Shown here in pieces: positions 1-12,392 of a DNA stretch of 64,000 bases; within the stretch, counting starts at the first letter, position 1; every line of letters begins with the position of its first letter. The stretch spans positions 23,872,001-23,936,000 of the forward strand of contig NC_045697.1 of NCBI RefSeq assembly GCF_009834535.1, written 5' to 3'. The notes beneath the pieces were generated by a model. That model saw only the letters and a list, made by a program, of their open reading frames with translations, searched no databases and had not been told where the DNA came from. The position numbers and the translations under genes were made by a program. Source of the stretch: Camelus ferus. Its lineage: Eukaryota.

Positions 1-850
1 TGGCATTTCTTCCACTCAGGAGATACGGGAATTGGCTTGTCTCTATGTCTTCCTTAACCTGTGAAAAATACCTCATAGAAAACCCATCTAAAAGTTCTTA
101 ATTTTTATTATTTTGATCAGGGAATTCATAATTTGAAGTAAAAGTATAAATTTTCTTTTTCTCCAAGGAGGAAAAAAGTCACCAAATGAAACTTGGAGAT
201 TTTATTCAACTCCAGTATCTTGAGATGTTACTCAATTTCTATGCCCAGTGTTATACATCACAAATACACTTATCTTTGCATTCCAATGGATCAGCAGAAA
301 ACTGAAGGGAAGCTTTTAAATTATTGCAAATTCCCGATAGTTTCACCATTATAAACCTTTGTCCACTAAAAATCTCTATTGCTTTCTTCCACAGTCTGAC
401 ATGGTTGCATTATCTAATTCACGCAGTGGTTGGAACAGGCCCTCCTCACACCCCACATCCATTTTTCCTGCATCAGTTCTTGAGATGTGGCAGTAGCATT
501 ATTTTATTTTATTACTTAAGAATAATATAATAGCTTGCATTCCTAGAAAGCTCATTTTTATTTCAAAATTAAAATATTTTCCTTTTATTTTAAATGTTAC
601 TAATATATAAATGCACCTTTTGGAAAACATAAAGAAAATAATATATATGTGTATATGTTTCATAAGTAACACATGCGCACCCCTCCCACCAAAGTTCTAG
701 TAATAAGCTAGAAGTCTTCTAATATTTCCATACTTAAGTCATGCAATTCAGTCTTCTAATCATGTGAGAACAAAAACTTACTCCATGAACTCAACTTGCA
801 GATCTGTAAGAAGGCCTGTGTATGGATTAAGAAAAATTAGGCCTTGTCTC

Positions 851-890
851 ATTCTGTGTAGATGATTGAAATTCTGTGTAGATGATTGAA
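851..890. repeat. Perfect 20-bp tandem duplication (ATTCTGTGTAGATGATTGAA x2)
   Basis: Identical units at 851-870 and 871-890. Confidence 0.95.
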
Positions 891-1147
891 TAATGTATTT
901 TGTGTAACTCAAAGCATTGTTACAGTCACTGGTATTTAGTTTGTTCGTAGGATTCCCAAACAAATCTCATTCATAGTCTCCTGACATCTTTTTAAATAAT
1001 GGAAAAAATTAACATGCAGAAAATGCATTTAGTGAAATGAAACTATTATTTCTGGCAGATACTTAAACTCTAAGCCCCACTGTAATCCTCTGGTGGCATA
1101 AAATGAAGAAAGTGGAAAACTAAGTTAGATTAATTGTAATGAGCATA

Positions 1148-1341
1148 ACTAATATTTATTGAGTGTTACAGACACTATACTTGGACATTTTACATCTTAT
1201 TTAATCTTTATAGCAACTGCAAGAAGTGTTACTGTCACCAGTTTACAGGTAAAGAAAATAAGCATAGAGAGATTTGTAGACTTGGGCAAGGTCATTTTGC
1301 TAACAGGAAATAAATGCAAAGTTCTAATTCATGTAGTCAGA
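1148..1341 (-). mobile_element. MIR SINE remnant
   Basis: aatatttattgagtg...tttaatcttt...tttacaggtaaagaaa...agagagattt...gacttgggcaaggtca follows the reverse complement of the MIR core. Confidence 0.7.
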
Positions 1342-1996
1342 TAGAGAATGCATAGAAATGGTTTAAGTGATTTCCAATACCTAAAAAGAGTTAGCAGTTT
1401 CCTTTATTTATTTATTTTTCCTGTGCAAGTCTGTATCACTATTGGAATCCTCTGTATCTTACTCCTGTGATGGCAGGAAAAGTCCCAGGTAACTCAGGGT
1501 AACAGCAAATCAAAAGGCATTTACTCCAATAAAAGATAGTTGGTTCTCATTCCGCCATTACTCTTTTACCAAGTCTTGGTGTCCAGATAGTATCTTTGCA
1601 TATGACACGTTCTTTCATGCATTCTTTTTATGTGGATATGGAGTTAGAAAAGGAAAATGCTAGATAATGGGCTGGGACAGTAAAGATGGGGTGACTTAAG
1701 CTGTTCCAAGTGACCAATAGCTGTTAAATATGTTATGCATTTATTAATTTATTGAGTCAATACATATTTATTGAATTTCAACTAGGAATTGAAGTCTGGG
1801 GTAGATACTGTGGCACATAAGTAAGAAATATGTAGTTGAAATAATTGAGCAAAAATACAAGGAATTGTGCTACACCATGGGACCCAACACATCAACTTTA
1901 TCACACAATCCTTTTTTGAGATATTGATATATATATATATGCATATATATGTAAACAAATTTAAATTCTCATTCCCCAAAGTATCAGAAACATTGG

Positions 1997-2000
<4 letters not shown>

Positions 2001-2052
<52 letters not shown>
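2001..2052. repeat. (TAT)n microsatellite, ~17 units
   Basis: Read directly; it explains the poly-Ile run in ORF 1867..2076. Confidence 0.97.
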
Positions 2053-3412
2053 TTAATTTTTAAACTGTATATTTGATCATGGGAAGTAGGTATGGCCTAC
2101 TTATTCTAATTTCAATAAAACATCTTACAGAGTCTTTCTCACATCAATTAAGAGATTATTTCCATGAATCCAGTTTTAAAAACTAAATTAGGGCAATCTG
2201 GTGTATGAATTTTGTTACAGAGCTTTTTGGCTCTCTCCACAAGCATATTGTATTGCAGTCTTCCCAAAATATTCCATTTGAAAACTAAGAAAATAGTAAG
2301 TAGGATCTGGGAGGAATTCAATTCAGTATAGTTTACTGGATTTTTCTTACAAGAGTGGCTCATTAAGCCTGATTGCAAAGAAGAAAACTAGAAGTGGTTA
2401 GAGGAACACCATATCTCAGTATTGTGTGATCTTTAAAATTTCTATTCAACAGACAGACCTGAAGCAGCTGTTTTCTGCTACATTTCCTGGATTCTTGCCC
2501 TGCTTTTTCCTAGCTTAGTATATGGTCAATATCTAAGGAAAACCTCTGTGTAACATAAAAACCTGTAAACCTGAATAATTTTTTTAGCTATTTTAGTGGA
2601 GTGATAGATTTAAGCTTATAGTCAATGTTATTTACATTTAATATAAAATTGAATTCTATTTGTAAAATACATTAAAAGAGGAATATTGTAATGTTTACAA
2701 TAAAATAAAATAATTTGAATTTCAGATAATAAAATAGAATTTTTAAGAATATGTTAGAAGTAAAAAGGTGTATACAATTTATGAAAAATAATGAAGTATG
2801 TATTAATGATGTTCTTAATTAAAATTTATTGAAGGTTAGCAGTATTATCATTTTATCTCAATAATTCATTTTAAATATTGAAATAGTCTTTGATTTTGAC
2901 TTTATAATAAATATAACTTTACTTATTTTTGATATAAAAATTATCTCTGTATTAATGACTAACTCTTAGCTAAGATTTCTTATCTCATGGGAATATGTGT
3001 AATAAAAGCTGGGTCATTGGTGTTGAATCCTTCAAGTTGCTCTGTGACAATACAAGGGAAAAGAATTGTTGAGTGAAATAAAACATTAGATGGGAAACTT
3101 AGGTTTATATCTCACTCTCAGAAAGGCATATTTCAATACCTTCTTTAGTTTAAAATATGCAAAGTAAAATTTGCCTGTACAGATTCTTTTTGTTTCTGTA
3201 AGAATAACAATATTAAGAAGAATGAAAAGAGAGAGGTATAAATGTTTCTTGAGGCTTACAGTATATTGATATTTGTTTTGTATTTTTGAATTCTCTTATA
3301 TTCTTAATGCAGCAAGACAGTGTATTCTACTAAAATATTTGTGAAGAATTAAAAACATCACATAAAACATTATAAAATGTATTTGTTTTGATTGATTTCT
3401 GTTGCATTATCC

Positions 3413-3414
<2 letters not shown>

Positions 3415-3445
<31 letters not shown>
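3415..3445. repeat. poly(T) tract, 31 nt
   Basis: Read directly. Confidence 0.95.
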
Positions 3446-3447
<2 letters not shown>

Positions 3448-6419
3448 TATTCTGGCTAGGTTTAAAAAACAATCTTATTCTATTAAGTTGGGAAGAATCT
3501 CTGCTTTCCAAAGTGGATTAACTTCAAGGAGTTTGCACAGGAGTGTGTCCAGAATTTACAGTGTGATGTTAAACTAAAACATTTTAATTTCTGTATTTTA
3601 TAATTTAGTATAATTTGTGGTACCCCACAGCATTACCTAAACCTTAATAGAGAATAAGTCTTTACGATTCGCTTCAAGTGAATGCTTCTAAGCAGGTGAA
3701 AATGAGGAATCATTATATGCACTGGTGGAAGCATACTTTTAAGCTGCAGTTTTGTTTAATTCCTGTCACCTTACTCATGACAGCTATAACAAATAAAGAA
3801 ACTGAGGATGAATTCATAGGGATAATTAAGCAGTGTTGATCTTAGGACAGTTGTCTTTTCAATGAAACACTGATTGCATTGTTCTTAACAAAACTATCTC
3901 TGCATGACAGAACTAATTACTGACCATCTGAACTTACTTAGCCAAACGAATAAAGCAATTAAAAACACCATCATCACTGAATCTACCATAGAACAGCTGG
4001 TTATATTGATAAGCAATCCAGCAAGTTAAAGCTACTTTAGAACACAATGGAACATAATCTGTTTTCTCAGTAGTAATTAGAGAGCAATAAGAGAATATGA
4101 GATTACTGTTGAGAAATTGTAATTGTGATGCAAACCACTTTTAAAATACATTTTTCCTCCTGAATTGACATAATAGGCAAAAAATTTGATGTTCTTCAAA
4201 ATATTTTATTTTCCCATGGGATTTACAGATCATATTGTAGGATTTATCAATAATTAGTCATCTGTTTAAAACAGGATAAATTTTTATGACATTGCAATTC
4301 GATTTACCAGAGCAAGTAAAGACAGTCTTTACATAGGAATCATTGTGACACTTAAGAAATTGGAAGAGAAGTTACATGTCATTGGGATTCAAAATTAGTT
4401 TTTGCAGAGGCAGAGAGACCAGTAAGATCTCTTTAAACTCATTAACAAAATTGTCTTTTGATGCAGTTCCTTTGGGTAAACTATTTTTATTCATCACCCA
4501 ATGAAATAAATTCAACAAAATGTATATAGTACTTCGTTTGTCAGGAATTTTGCTAAGTTTTATTGTCACAGTCAAACAGGACACTCCTTTTCTCTCTGTT
4601 TTTGGCTACTAAGTATTTGATCCTTTGCCTTTATTAGTAAAAGTACTTTTTTTTTTCTGGATTTGCTTAAAACAAAAATAACGTTAGATTTACTCTTCTT
4701 CAATAAAGGGATGCTAAAACAGTGAAAATGTGTTAGCAGAATATATTTCCTTCTCCTGTAACTTCAGCATCATCTCTTTGCCAAGAACTATACATCTATT
4801 GACAGTCTTGATGTGTAAATCACAGAGGAGTGAATAAAGGAGTCTAGAAATTGGTATTCTTATGGTGATGTGACAAAGACTTACAGTGCCTGACTCTTGG
4901 CAACTTCAACTACTCCTTCATTTGGGTGGGTTTTATGATTTCAGCTGAACTGCAGGTCCCTCAAAAAGGATCGGCCTTTGTGGGCAGCATAAGCATGAGA
5001 TAAAAGCTCTTTCGGTTGCTAGCAAGCCAAGATAGGTTAGTGAGATCAGCTTTTGGCTAAACTTCAGTCAGATAGTCTACATCACTGATTGGCATCATAA
5101 GCTGATAAAAGGAGCATGGTTTCATGTTGCCAAGGAACAGAGCATTTAGGGGAGAAACACATGCCTACACTTTAATCTGTTCCCCAAGACATTTTCCCAA
5201 TATCTCTTTGGAATGAAAACCAGGGCCATTTTCCTTACAAATTCAGGGTAATTATGTCAACCAGGGAAATTAGATGAAAATGCTAAGGTTTTTTTAGGAT
5301 TTGAAATCAGCTCTTGTGGATTGCTTTAGTTTCCACCCTCTTATTGTCTAATAATATTTCTCTTTTACTGTGTATCCTAAGATATTACATTGGTATTTAA
5401 TTTTACCTATAGTATTTGAGTTTTATTATAAATGCTATCATTAAGTCATTGTTTCCCTACTTAATGCTTGTTTTCTTAGCTATAAAAATTTGTTTTAACC
5501 CTAAATGTTCAAAAAAGCATTAAAATTATAAAGTAGAGTGATGGATACTATATTTTAAAATATATAATGAACACATAAGGGTTGAAATAGAATTTATTGT
5601 ATAAATTATAAATAGCAAATAATAGAACTTGATTATTCAATCCTAATCTAATTAATACTTTTGAGGGAATTTTAGCTGATTTATATGTACATTTACATTT
5701 GGCTCTGTGTTTTTTACCTAACAATTTCTGAATGCCTTATGTATTTTAATCATTCTTTATAAGACTCTTGGATGTTATACATTATTACTTCCACATTATA
5801 GAGCATTAAATGTAAGTCTTAGGAGTGACAAAGATTTAAGTGTCAAAATGTCGGACAGCCAAATGTATTATTTAGTAGACTATTCTTGATTCTGTAATGA
5901 ATTTTTTCTTTTTTTCCTGAAGTACTTTTGTAAATGCAGTCATTTAGACTTTTAAAATTTCTATTTAGATGTTTTAAATTTTTAGATTTATAGATATTAA
6001 ATATCATTATATTAGTTTATTCCTTTCACTATTTGGCATTTATATCATAGTTTTTCCTTAATAAAATGCTCATGTCTCTGTGTGTGTCTGTGTGTATGTG
6101 TGTGTCTCTATCCAGTGTATACTCCCTCTCTCCTATATTCTCCCAGTGAATGGAGTAAATTTCTATTTTGCCTCCATTGTCAACCTTTGCCTACTTACTC
6201 TCCCTACTATTTTCCTGTGTTGCCCTGTCTTTTACTTACATGTATGTATGCATATTACATGTCTGAACCTATGAAATACTCTTAAGAATTCAAAACAGAC
6301 ATTCGGGAATTAAAGCAAATGAACCATCCAAAAGCAACAGTAGAAAAAGTAGTGAGTTGCCTATGGTTTTACATCAAACTTGTAAACTTATGAGGAAAAG
6401 TGTTTCAGACTTTTGATTT

Positions 6420-6462
6420 CTAGTCCAGTATATAAGGAGCTTGGAAATCATCACTCCCATCC

Positions 6463-6536
<74 letters not shown>

Positions 6537-8520
6537 CTTAAAAATAAAAATTCTTAGATCTATCAGGGAATTGAGGTTGCAGGGCAAACTGCTGGCCCCC
6601 AAAATTGGAAAGATAGACAGGCAGATACAGAAAATCACAACTTAGGCAGGTAGAATCCCATGAGCAGAAACCTTGGTGGTAACCTGCATCACAGTAGGAA
6701 GGTCTAGATAGTAACTGACAAAATGCTGGAGATACAGTGTGGACAAGTTTGCGAGTTCAAAACTCTGGAGTGACCCAGTCCTCACAGACCACACACTTTT
6801 TTGAGTTTTACCTCCTTGAACTGAACTAGATTCTGACACTGAAAATGGGAGAAAAATCTCCTTGTACTTCTGGCAAAGGGAGAAAAATAGTGGATATTTT
6901 GAAAAAGCTCCAGATTATTCTATTCTTCTAACAAGCCCTGCCTTCAAAATAAACTATTTCATTGTTGGTTAAAAAAGCTTGGCTTTTACCGGAGTCTAAT
7001 TGACTTGAGAGAAGGGAAATATTCAGCTCTAGCCCCTCTAGGGTTGTTTTGTTTATTTATTTCTTTTTGTCTCACCTAAGTTGAAGAAAACAGAAGCAAA
7101 AACAAAAACTGAAGAGCATTGTGAAGTTTACAGTTTAGAAGGAGCACAGGCTCAGTAAAATACTGAGACCTAATCATAGGACTACAGGACTCTTCCTGCC
7201 CATGCACACAGCTTACACCACATTGGCAGGGCTCTTGTATAAAACAAGGGACTACAACAGGGGAGACAGAAATAAGACTTAAGAGGAAATTTTAGCCGGT
7301 AAATACAGCTTCTCTTCAGAAACCATGCAGATATGAAAAGAGGGGACTGAAATGTTTAAAGTGTTGAAAAGAAAAAAAAAAAAAGCCTCATCAACCTAGA
7401 ATTCTGTATCTAGTAAAATTAACTTTTGAAAGTGAAGGGGAAATGAAAACTTTCAAAGAGAAGCAAAAATTGAAGAAAATTGTCACAAGTAGATCTGTCT
7501 TGTAAGAAATATTAAAATAAATTATTCAGAAAGAATGATATAGGTCAGAAACTCAAATCTGCATAAAGAAGAGAAAAAATTAGAGAAGGAGTAAATGAAG
7601 GTAAAATAAAATATTTTATTTTTCTTTATTCTTAATTGATCTGCACAGATAGAACTTTCCTAAAAATAATAATACCAACAATTATTAGGTGATTGTAGCT
7701 TATGGATAAGTGAAGTGAATGGTAAGTGTTATAAAGGTTAGGAAAGAAGAATTGGTATTACCATGTTAATATGGTGTTTGCATTACCTATGAAGTAATAT
7801 AGTCTTATTTGAAATAGGACTTGAATTAGTTATAAATGTATACTACAAACTTAGGGCAACCACCAAAAGAAGTAGTTAAAAATTTGGTATGCTAAGAGAA
7901 GAGGAAAAAAATAGAATCATATAAAATGCTCAATTAAAACCAAAGCAGAAATAGAGTAGAAGACATTAATTAATTAATTAAAAGATACTAAAGACAAGGG
8001 CAATGAATAGAAAACAGTAACAAATATGGTAGACATTAATCAAACTGTATCCATAACCACTTTAAATAATCTAAATATACCACTTAAAAGAAACCATCAG
8101 AGTGGAAATTTCAAAAAAAAGGACCAGTTATATGACATTGTAAAAAAAGCAAAACTATGGAGGCAATAAGATCAGTGGTTGACAAGGGAACTGGGGAGAG
8201 GTGGGGATGATTAGGTGGAGAAATGATGTCTTGAGAGCAAACTATTCTGTATGATACTATAATGGTGAATATGTGTTGTTATACATTTAATAAGACCCAT
8301 CTAATGTACAATGCAAAGAGTGTACCCTAATATAAACTATGGACTTTCATTAATAATGATGTATTAATATTGTCTTATCAATTGTAATGAATTAACACAG
8401 CAATGCAAAACATTAATAATAGGGGAGACTGGGAGAGGAAAAGAAAAAATATATGGGAACTCTGTACTTTCCACGTATTTTTCTGTAAAGCCAAAACTGC
8501 TTTAAAAAAAAAAAAAAAGA
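6420..8520 (+). mobile_element. Old, internally deleted L1 (L1MC-like): 5' region, ORF1 C-terminal remnant, ORF2 start, 3' UTR and A-tail
   Basis: ORF1-end motif at ~7300-7520 (caacctagaattctgtatc...aaagtgaaggggaaat); ORF2-start-like sequence at ~8025-8105; L1MC-type 3' UTR (gcaaaactatgg...gatcagtggttg...gggaactctgtactttc...aaaactgct) ending in an A-run at ~8503-8518. Confidence 0.75.
6466..6534. repeat. (TAA)n microsatellite, ~23 units, inside the old L1 5' region
   Basis: Read directly; it explains the poly-Tyr run in ORF 6420..6638. Confidence 0.97.
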
Positions 8521-9796
8521 TCATTTTAAAACGTTTTACTTAATTTTTTTTTTTTTTTTTGCAGCTGAATAGTCTGTAAGGGATGTAAAACTTTTTTTTT
8601 CTTTTTAAATTCCCCACTCTCACTATCCCTTATCTGAGTGTTTGCTTTCTGAGATCTGAGCTTTCTTGAGTCAAGTGATTGCTTACAACATTCTTGCTGG
8701 GAGGACAGCTCTTAGTCCATTGAGGTGAAGTCATGTAAACTACCTCTGGAATACAGAAAGCGAAATTCAGATCTTTGAACTGAAGAGAGGGAATGCTTTA
8801 CTGAGAGATGAGAGCTGTCTTCAAGAGTTAGAAAATCACCCGTAATTAAAAGAATTAGAGCATACTTAAAAATCCATGGCATTTCCACTTTTCTAGACCA
8901 CCACACTCATCAGTGTGGAAAGTTGTTGAGAACATATCAATCAAAGAGCACAGTTTGGGGGCATTTTAAAAACAAGCCCAAATAGCCATCCCTTGGTTAT
9001 TGATCTTTAAGCGCTTGATACAATTTGTTATGTTTTACTTTAAATAGTGATTTAATATTCTTGTGAATCTTTATAGGACTTTCTTTTTCTTTCTTTCTCA
9101 TATCTTCCTGCATTAAGAAATGGAAAGAGTGATCAGAAATTTAATTATTTTACCTGATAATACATCCTACATAAAGAGGGCTTGAGTTTTCTTTCAACAA
9201 CTTTCTCTTTTGCTTCAGACGCTTCATATTGACTTGCGGTCACATATAAAACAATTAATGGCACCCTGGCCTTTGGGTGGTATTGTACTTAGGTATCTAG
9301 TAAATGTGAATGTCTTCTAAATTGCTGATATTTTTCATACTTTTCTCTCTTTAAACAGTGAAGTATTTAACTTGAAAATTGCCAATGAATAGATCACTCT
9401 GAACTGTTGTTTTTCTAAAGAAGAATCACGTTGATTTATGATCAGCTTATGATATCTGAGTATAAACAAAAGGTCATTGATGCAGCTCTGACCTTAATCC
9501 TTCAGGCAGGTTTTCTGATTAACACCTGCCTACTCTGATGTCTCCCCTTTCTGATCTCCATAGCAATCACCATCTGCCTAATGCTTCAGCATTTGCTTAA
9601 TTACTATTTTGTACCTATATTACTATCAATAATTGTTTTTGAATTTTAAAATAATTTTTTGTCCAAATTTTATGTCCTCAAGCAGATTGTTACTATTGAA
9701 ATGAAAATTCTATATACCTATTGTGACATGTAAGAATGTTGTTAAAGCCCCTTGATGTTTAGAAAACCCATTAAATTTAGGTCCTGTTTCACTGAA

Positions 9797-9985
9797 CTTC
9801 AATTACCAGCTTCTCCATGTTTTAACTGTGTGTTCTTAGGAAAGTAACTTAACTGTTCTTTGCCTCAATATCCACATATGTCCAATAACAACATAGATAC
9901 CAAATTAACCTTTGTCTTGTGAGAACTAAATCAGATGAAACATGCAAAGTGATTGACTCATAGTATGCACTCAAAAATTCTTGTT
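9797..9985 (+). mobile_element. MIR SINE remnant
   Basis: actgtgtg...ttaggaaagtaacttaac...ctttgcctcaat...ttgtgagaactaaatcagat...atgcaaagtg...catagtatgcactcaa matches the MIR core and 3' end. Confidence 0.7.
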
Positions 9986-10937
9986 TTTCTTTAGCAAAAA
10001 TTTAGAATTTACTATTCTAATAAATGCTGTATTTTAACTGGTGTGTTGAATTTTAATATTATTGTAGTGAACATACTTGCAAAGGTGAGATTTATATTGT
10101 AGAACTTTGTTTATTTGTTTGTTTTGCTCTTTTAAAACAAGGAAATGAAATTAGGAAGTAATTTTAAAGTTACCTAGTTTAAAAAATTTACTTAAAGCAG
10201 AAATTTCTATAACCTTTCGAAAAACCTCAAACTAAAAGTCTCTAAGTGACTTCTTTTACAACTAGGAAATCTTGGCTTTTCAAAACATCCCACCCTGCTC
10301 TTTGATGACTCTAATTGTTGGAATGTTCTTTTTCATTTTGAACTAAGAAAGACTTTTTCTCCCTTTACCTTCAAATAGTAGCATAGTATTCTGCTTTCTT
10401 AAGCCACGTAAAATAAGTCCATGTCCAATTGTAAATGATAGCCTTCCGTGAAACTGCAAGAGAAATTTATCAAACATCTGTGGATAAAGATACTTAACTA
10501 GATAAGAATATCTCTAATTCTGCTGCCATTGACCCATATCTCTTCAGCTTAAATCCTAAATAATTTGAGAGTCTGTGAAATGAATTACCAAAGGTAAACA
10601 TATCTCAAGTACATTATGAAAAAAATGCTTTGTCACATTAGGTAAATATCTGTAGCATCACCATATTATTCTAGCTAATAGCACTATCACAAATTAAAAT
10701 GAGGTTAGCTTGGGCTGACTTATTTTTAGAATATACAAATTGAATTTTAATAATATTTTCCATTCATTGTTGTTTCTTAATGGTATTTCAAAGACCTTTG
10801 ACAACAGTTCTGAGATTACATTGTAAATTTGTTGCAGAATAATAGGTGGAGAATTCCATCTAAACAAGTGAAGATGATTACCTTGAGGCATCATTCATCT
10901 TAAATATTCTTATTTTCCCTCTTTTTTTCCACTTCAG

Positions 10938-10976
10938 TTTATATTACTCAGTTCCAGTTCAAAGACTGTTTGGCAG
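10938..10976 (+). other. Candidate 39-nt internal exon (unknown gene)
   Basis: Long pyrimidine tract ending in ttccacttcag, and donor CAG|gtaaga. Length is divisible by 3 and all three frames are stop-free. The peptide is not recognised. Confidence 0.35.
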
Positions 10977-12139
10977 GTAAGAGTTGAGTCATTTTCCTAG
11001 TGCTTTTGGAGGGAAGATGGAAATAATTCATTTTGATATAAACACAATTCTAATTGAGCTAACAATTCCTTTCCCCTATTAGAGTATAGACATTTGGATG
11101 GCTCTGAAAGAGGATCAAAAATGGAAACTTTTATTTGCCAAACCAACAGAAAGAAAGGATGAATAATGATTTACAGGCAAAATTATAAAATTTTCAAAAA
11201 TTGTATACAGCAACAAGAATTAGTTTTAGTATCTTCTGACTTTAGAAGTTTTGTATATGCAGATTGATACTTTTATGTATTTATAATTTATGTTATTTTT
11301 TTCTCCTTAGTTTAACACTGAATTTTAACATCTAGAGTGATAAGGATGTTGACTCATACTTAATATATTCAACAGGGTCAACTAGAATGGATACACTTTT
11401 AAAAATGTCTTTATTTTGTATTTGTTTTTATATTGAAGTAACATTATTTAATATGCACTGGCCAATTGTTAAAACTTTTGCTTATATTGTTTACTAATTT
11501 TTTTGTTCCAGATGTATATTTAAAAATTTAATTTTAATATCTGTTTTCTTGCTCTGCTTCAAACAGGGCACAATTACTGCTTCATAGGTAATGTGAGATA
11601 GAATTAAAATAATTATAAAATGGATTTCTTTCTCTCTGCTCCATCTCTCAATTACCAATGTCTACTAGACTTCACGTTAAGTCTTATCAGTCAGACCCCT
11701 GATATCTGATAAAACATAGATTTTTACATTGCTGGTGCTCAATAGAAGGTTATTACATTGAAATAATATTTAATGTAGTGTATTTAGTAGGTACTTCAGC
11801 TATTGAAAATTTTGGTTGTTTTATTTTATAATGCTCTTTATGAATAAATGAAAAGTAGGCAACTTTATTCAACTCAGCAATATTTGTTGAATGTTTACTC
11901 TGGGACTGCAGTAGGCATTACTTGGGATATTTAACTCAGTAAGATTTGTACCTTCTTGCCTCAAAGATTTCTGTTCTATATCCAGGAAAATTATGTTGGC
12001 CAAAGGTTTCTTGTTGGGTTTCTACACTGTTAATCAGCCATTTCACGAAAAAAGAGCACTCACTGACTTCTTTAAATGGAACTTCCTTTTTTTCTTTGCC
12101 TAAGACCATTTAACTTGCCCCAGACCCTACCGATTCTAT

Positions 12140-12392
12140 ACAAGGCATCTTTCATGTCATTCTCTCATCCTCTGGTACCCTCCTATTCTCCGGTAACTAG
12201 GTTAGTGTCTCTTGTTATATATTTTCATAGCACTCCCTACTCATTGTGATTTCCATAGTTTTGTTTGTTTGTTTAATGTTTGTCTTGCCTACTGGAGTGT
12301 ATGTTACCAGAAGGCAGGACCCATTTTCATTTACCTCCATATCTCCAGTGACTAGTGAATGTCTTACTCAATGATAATGGTTAAATAAATAA
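12140..12392 (+). mobile_element. L2 LINE 3' end remnant
   Basis: tgtttgtcttgcctactggagtgtatgttaccagaaggcaggacc...atatctccagtgactagt...ctcaat resembles the L2 3' terminus. Confidence 0.6.

Noticed and set aside
782..815. Possible small minus-strand exon (acag|...GGA|gtaagt)
   Set aside because: The acceptor is ambiguous (22 or 34 nt exon), no peptide is recognisable and there is no supporting partner exon.
1867..2076. ORF with a poly-Ile run
   Set aside because: It is a translation of the (TAT)n microsatellite and has no coding features.
3415..3445. poly(T) tract as the tail of a retroposed insertion
   Set aside because: No recognisable element body or TSD is adjacent.
6420..6638. ORF with a poly-Tyr run
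   Set aside because: It is the antisense translation of the (TAA)n microsatellite inside an old L1.
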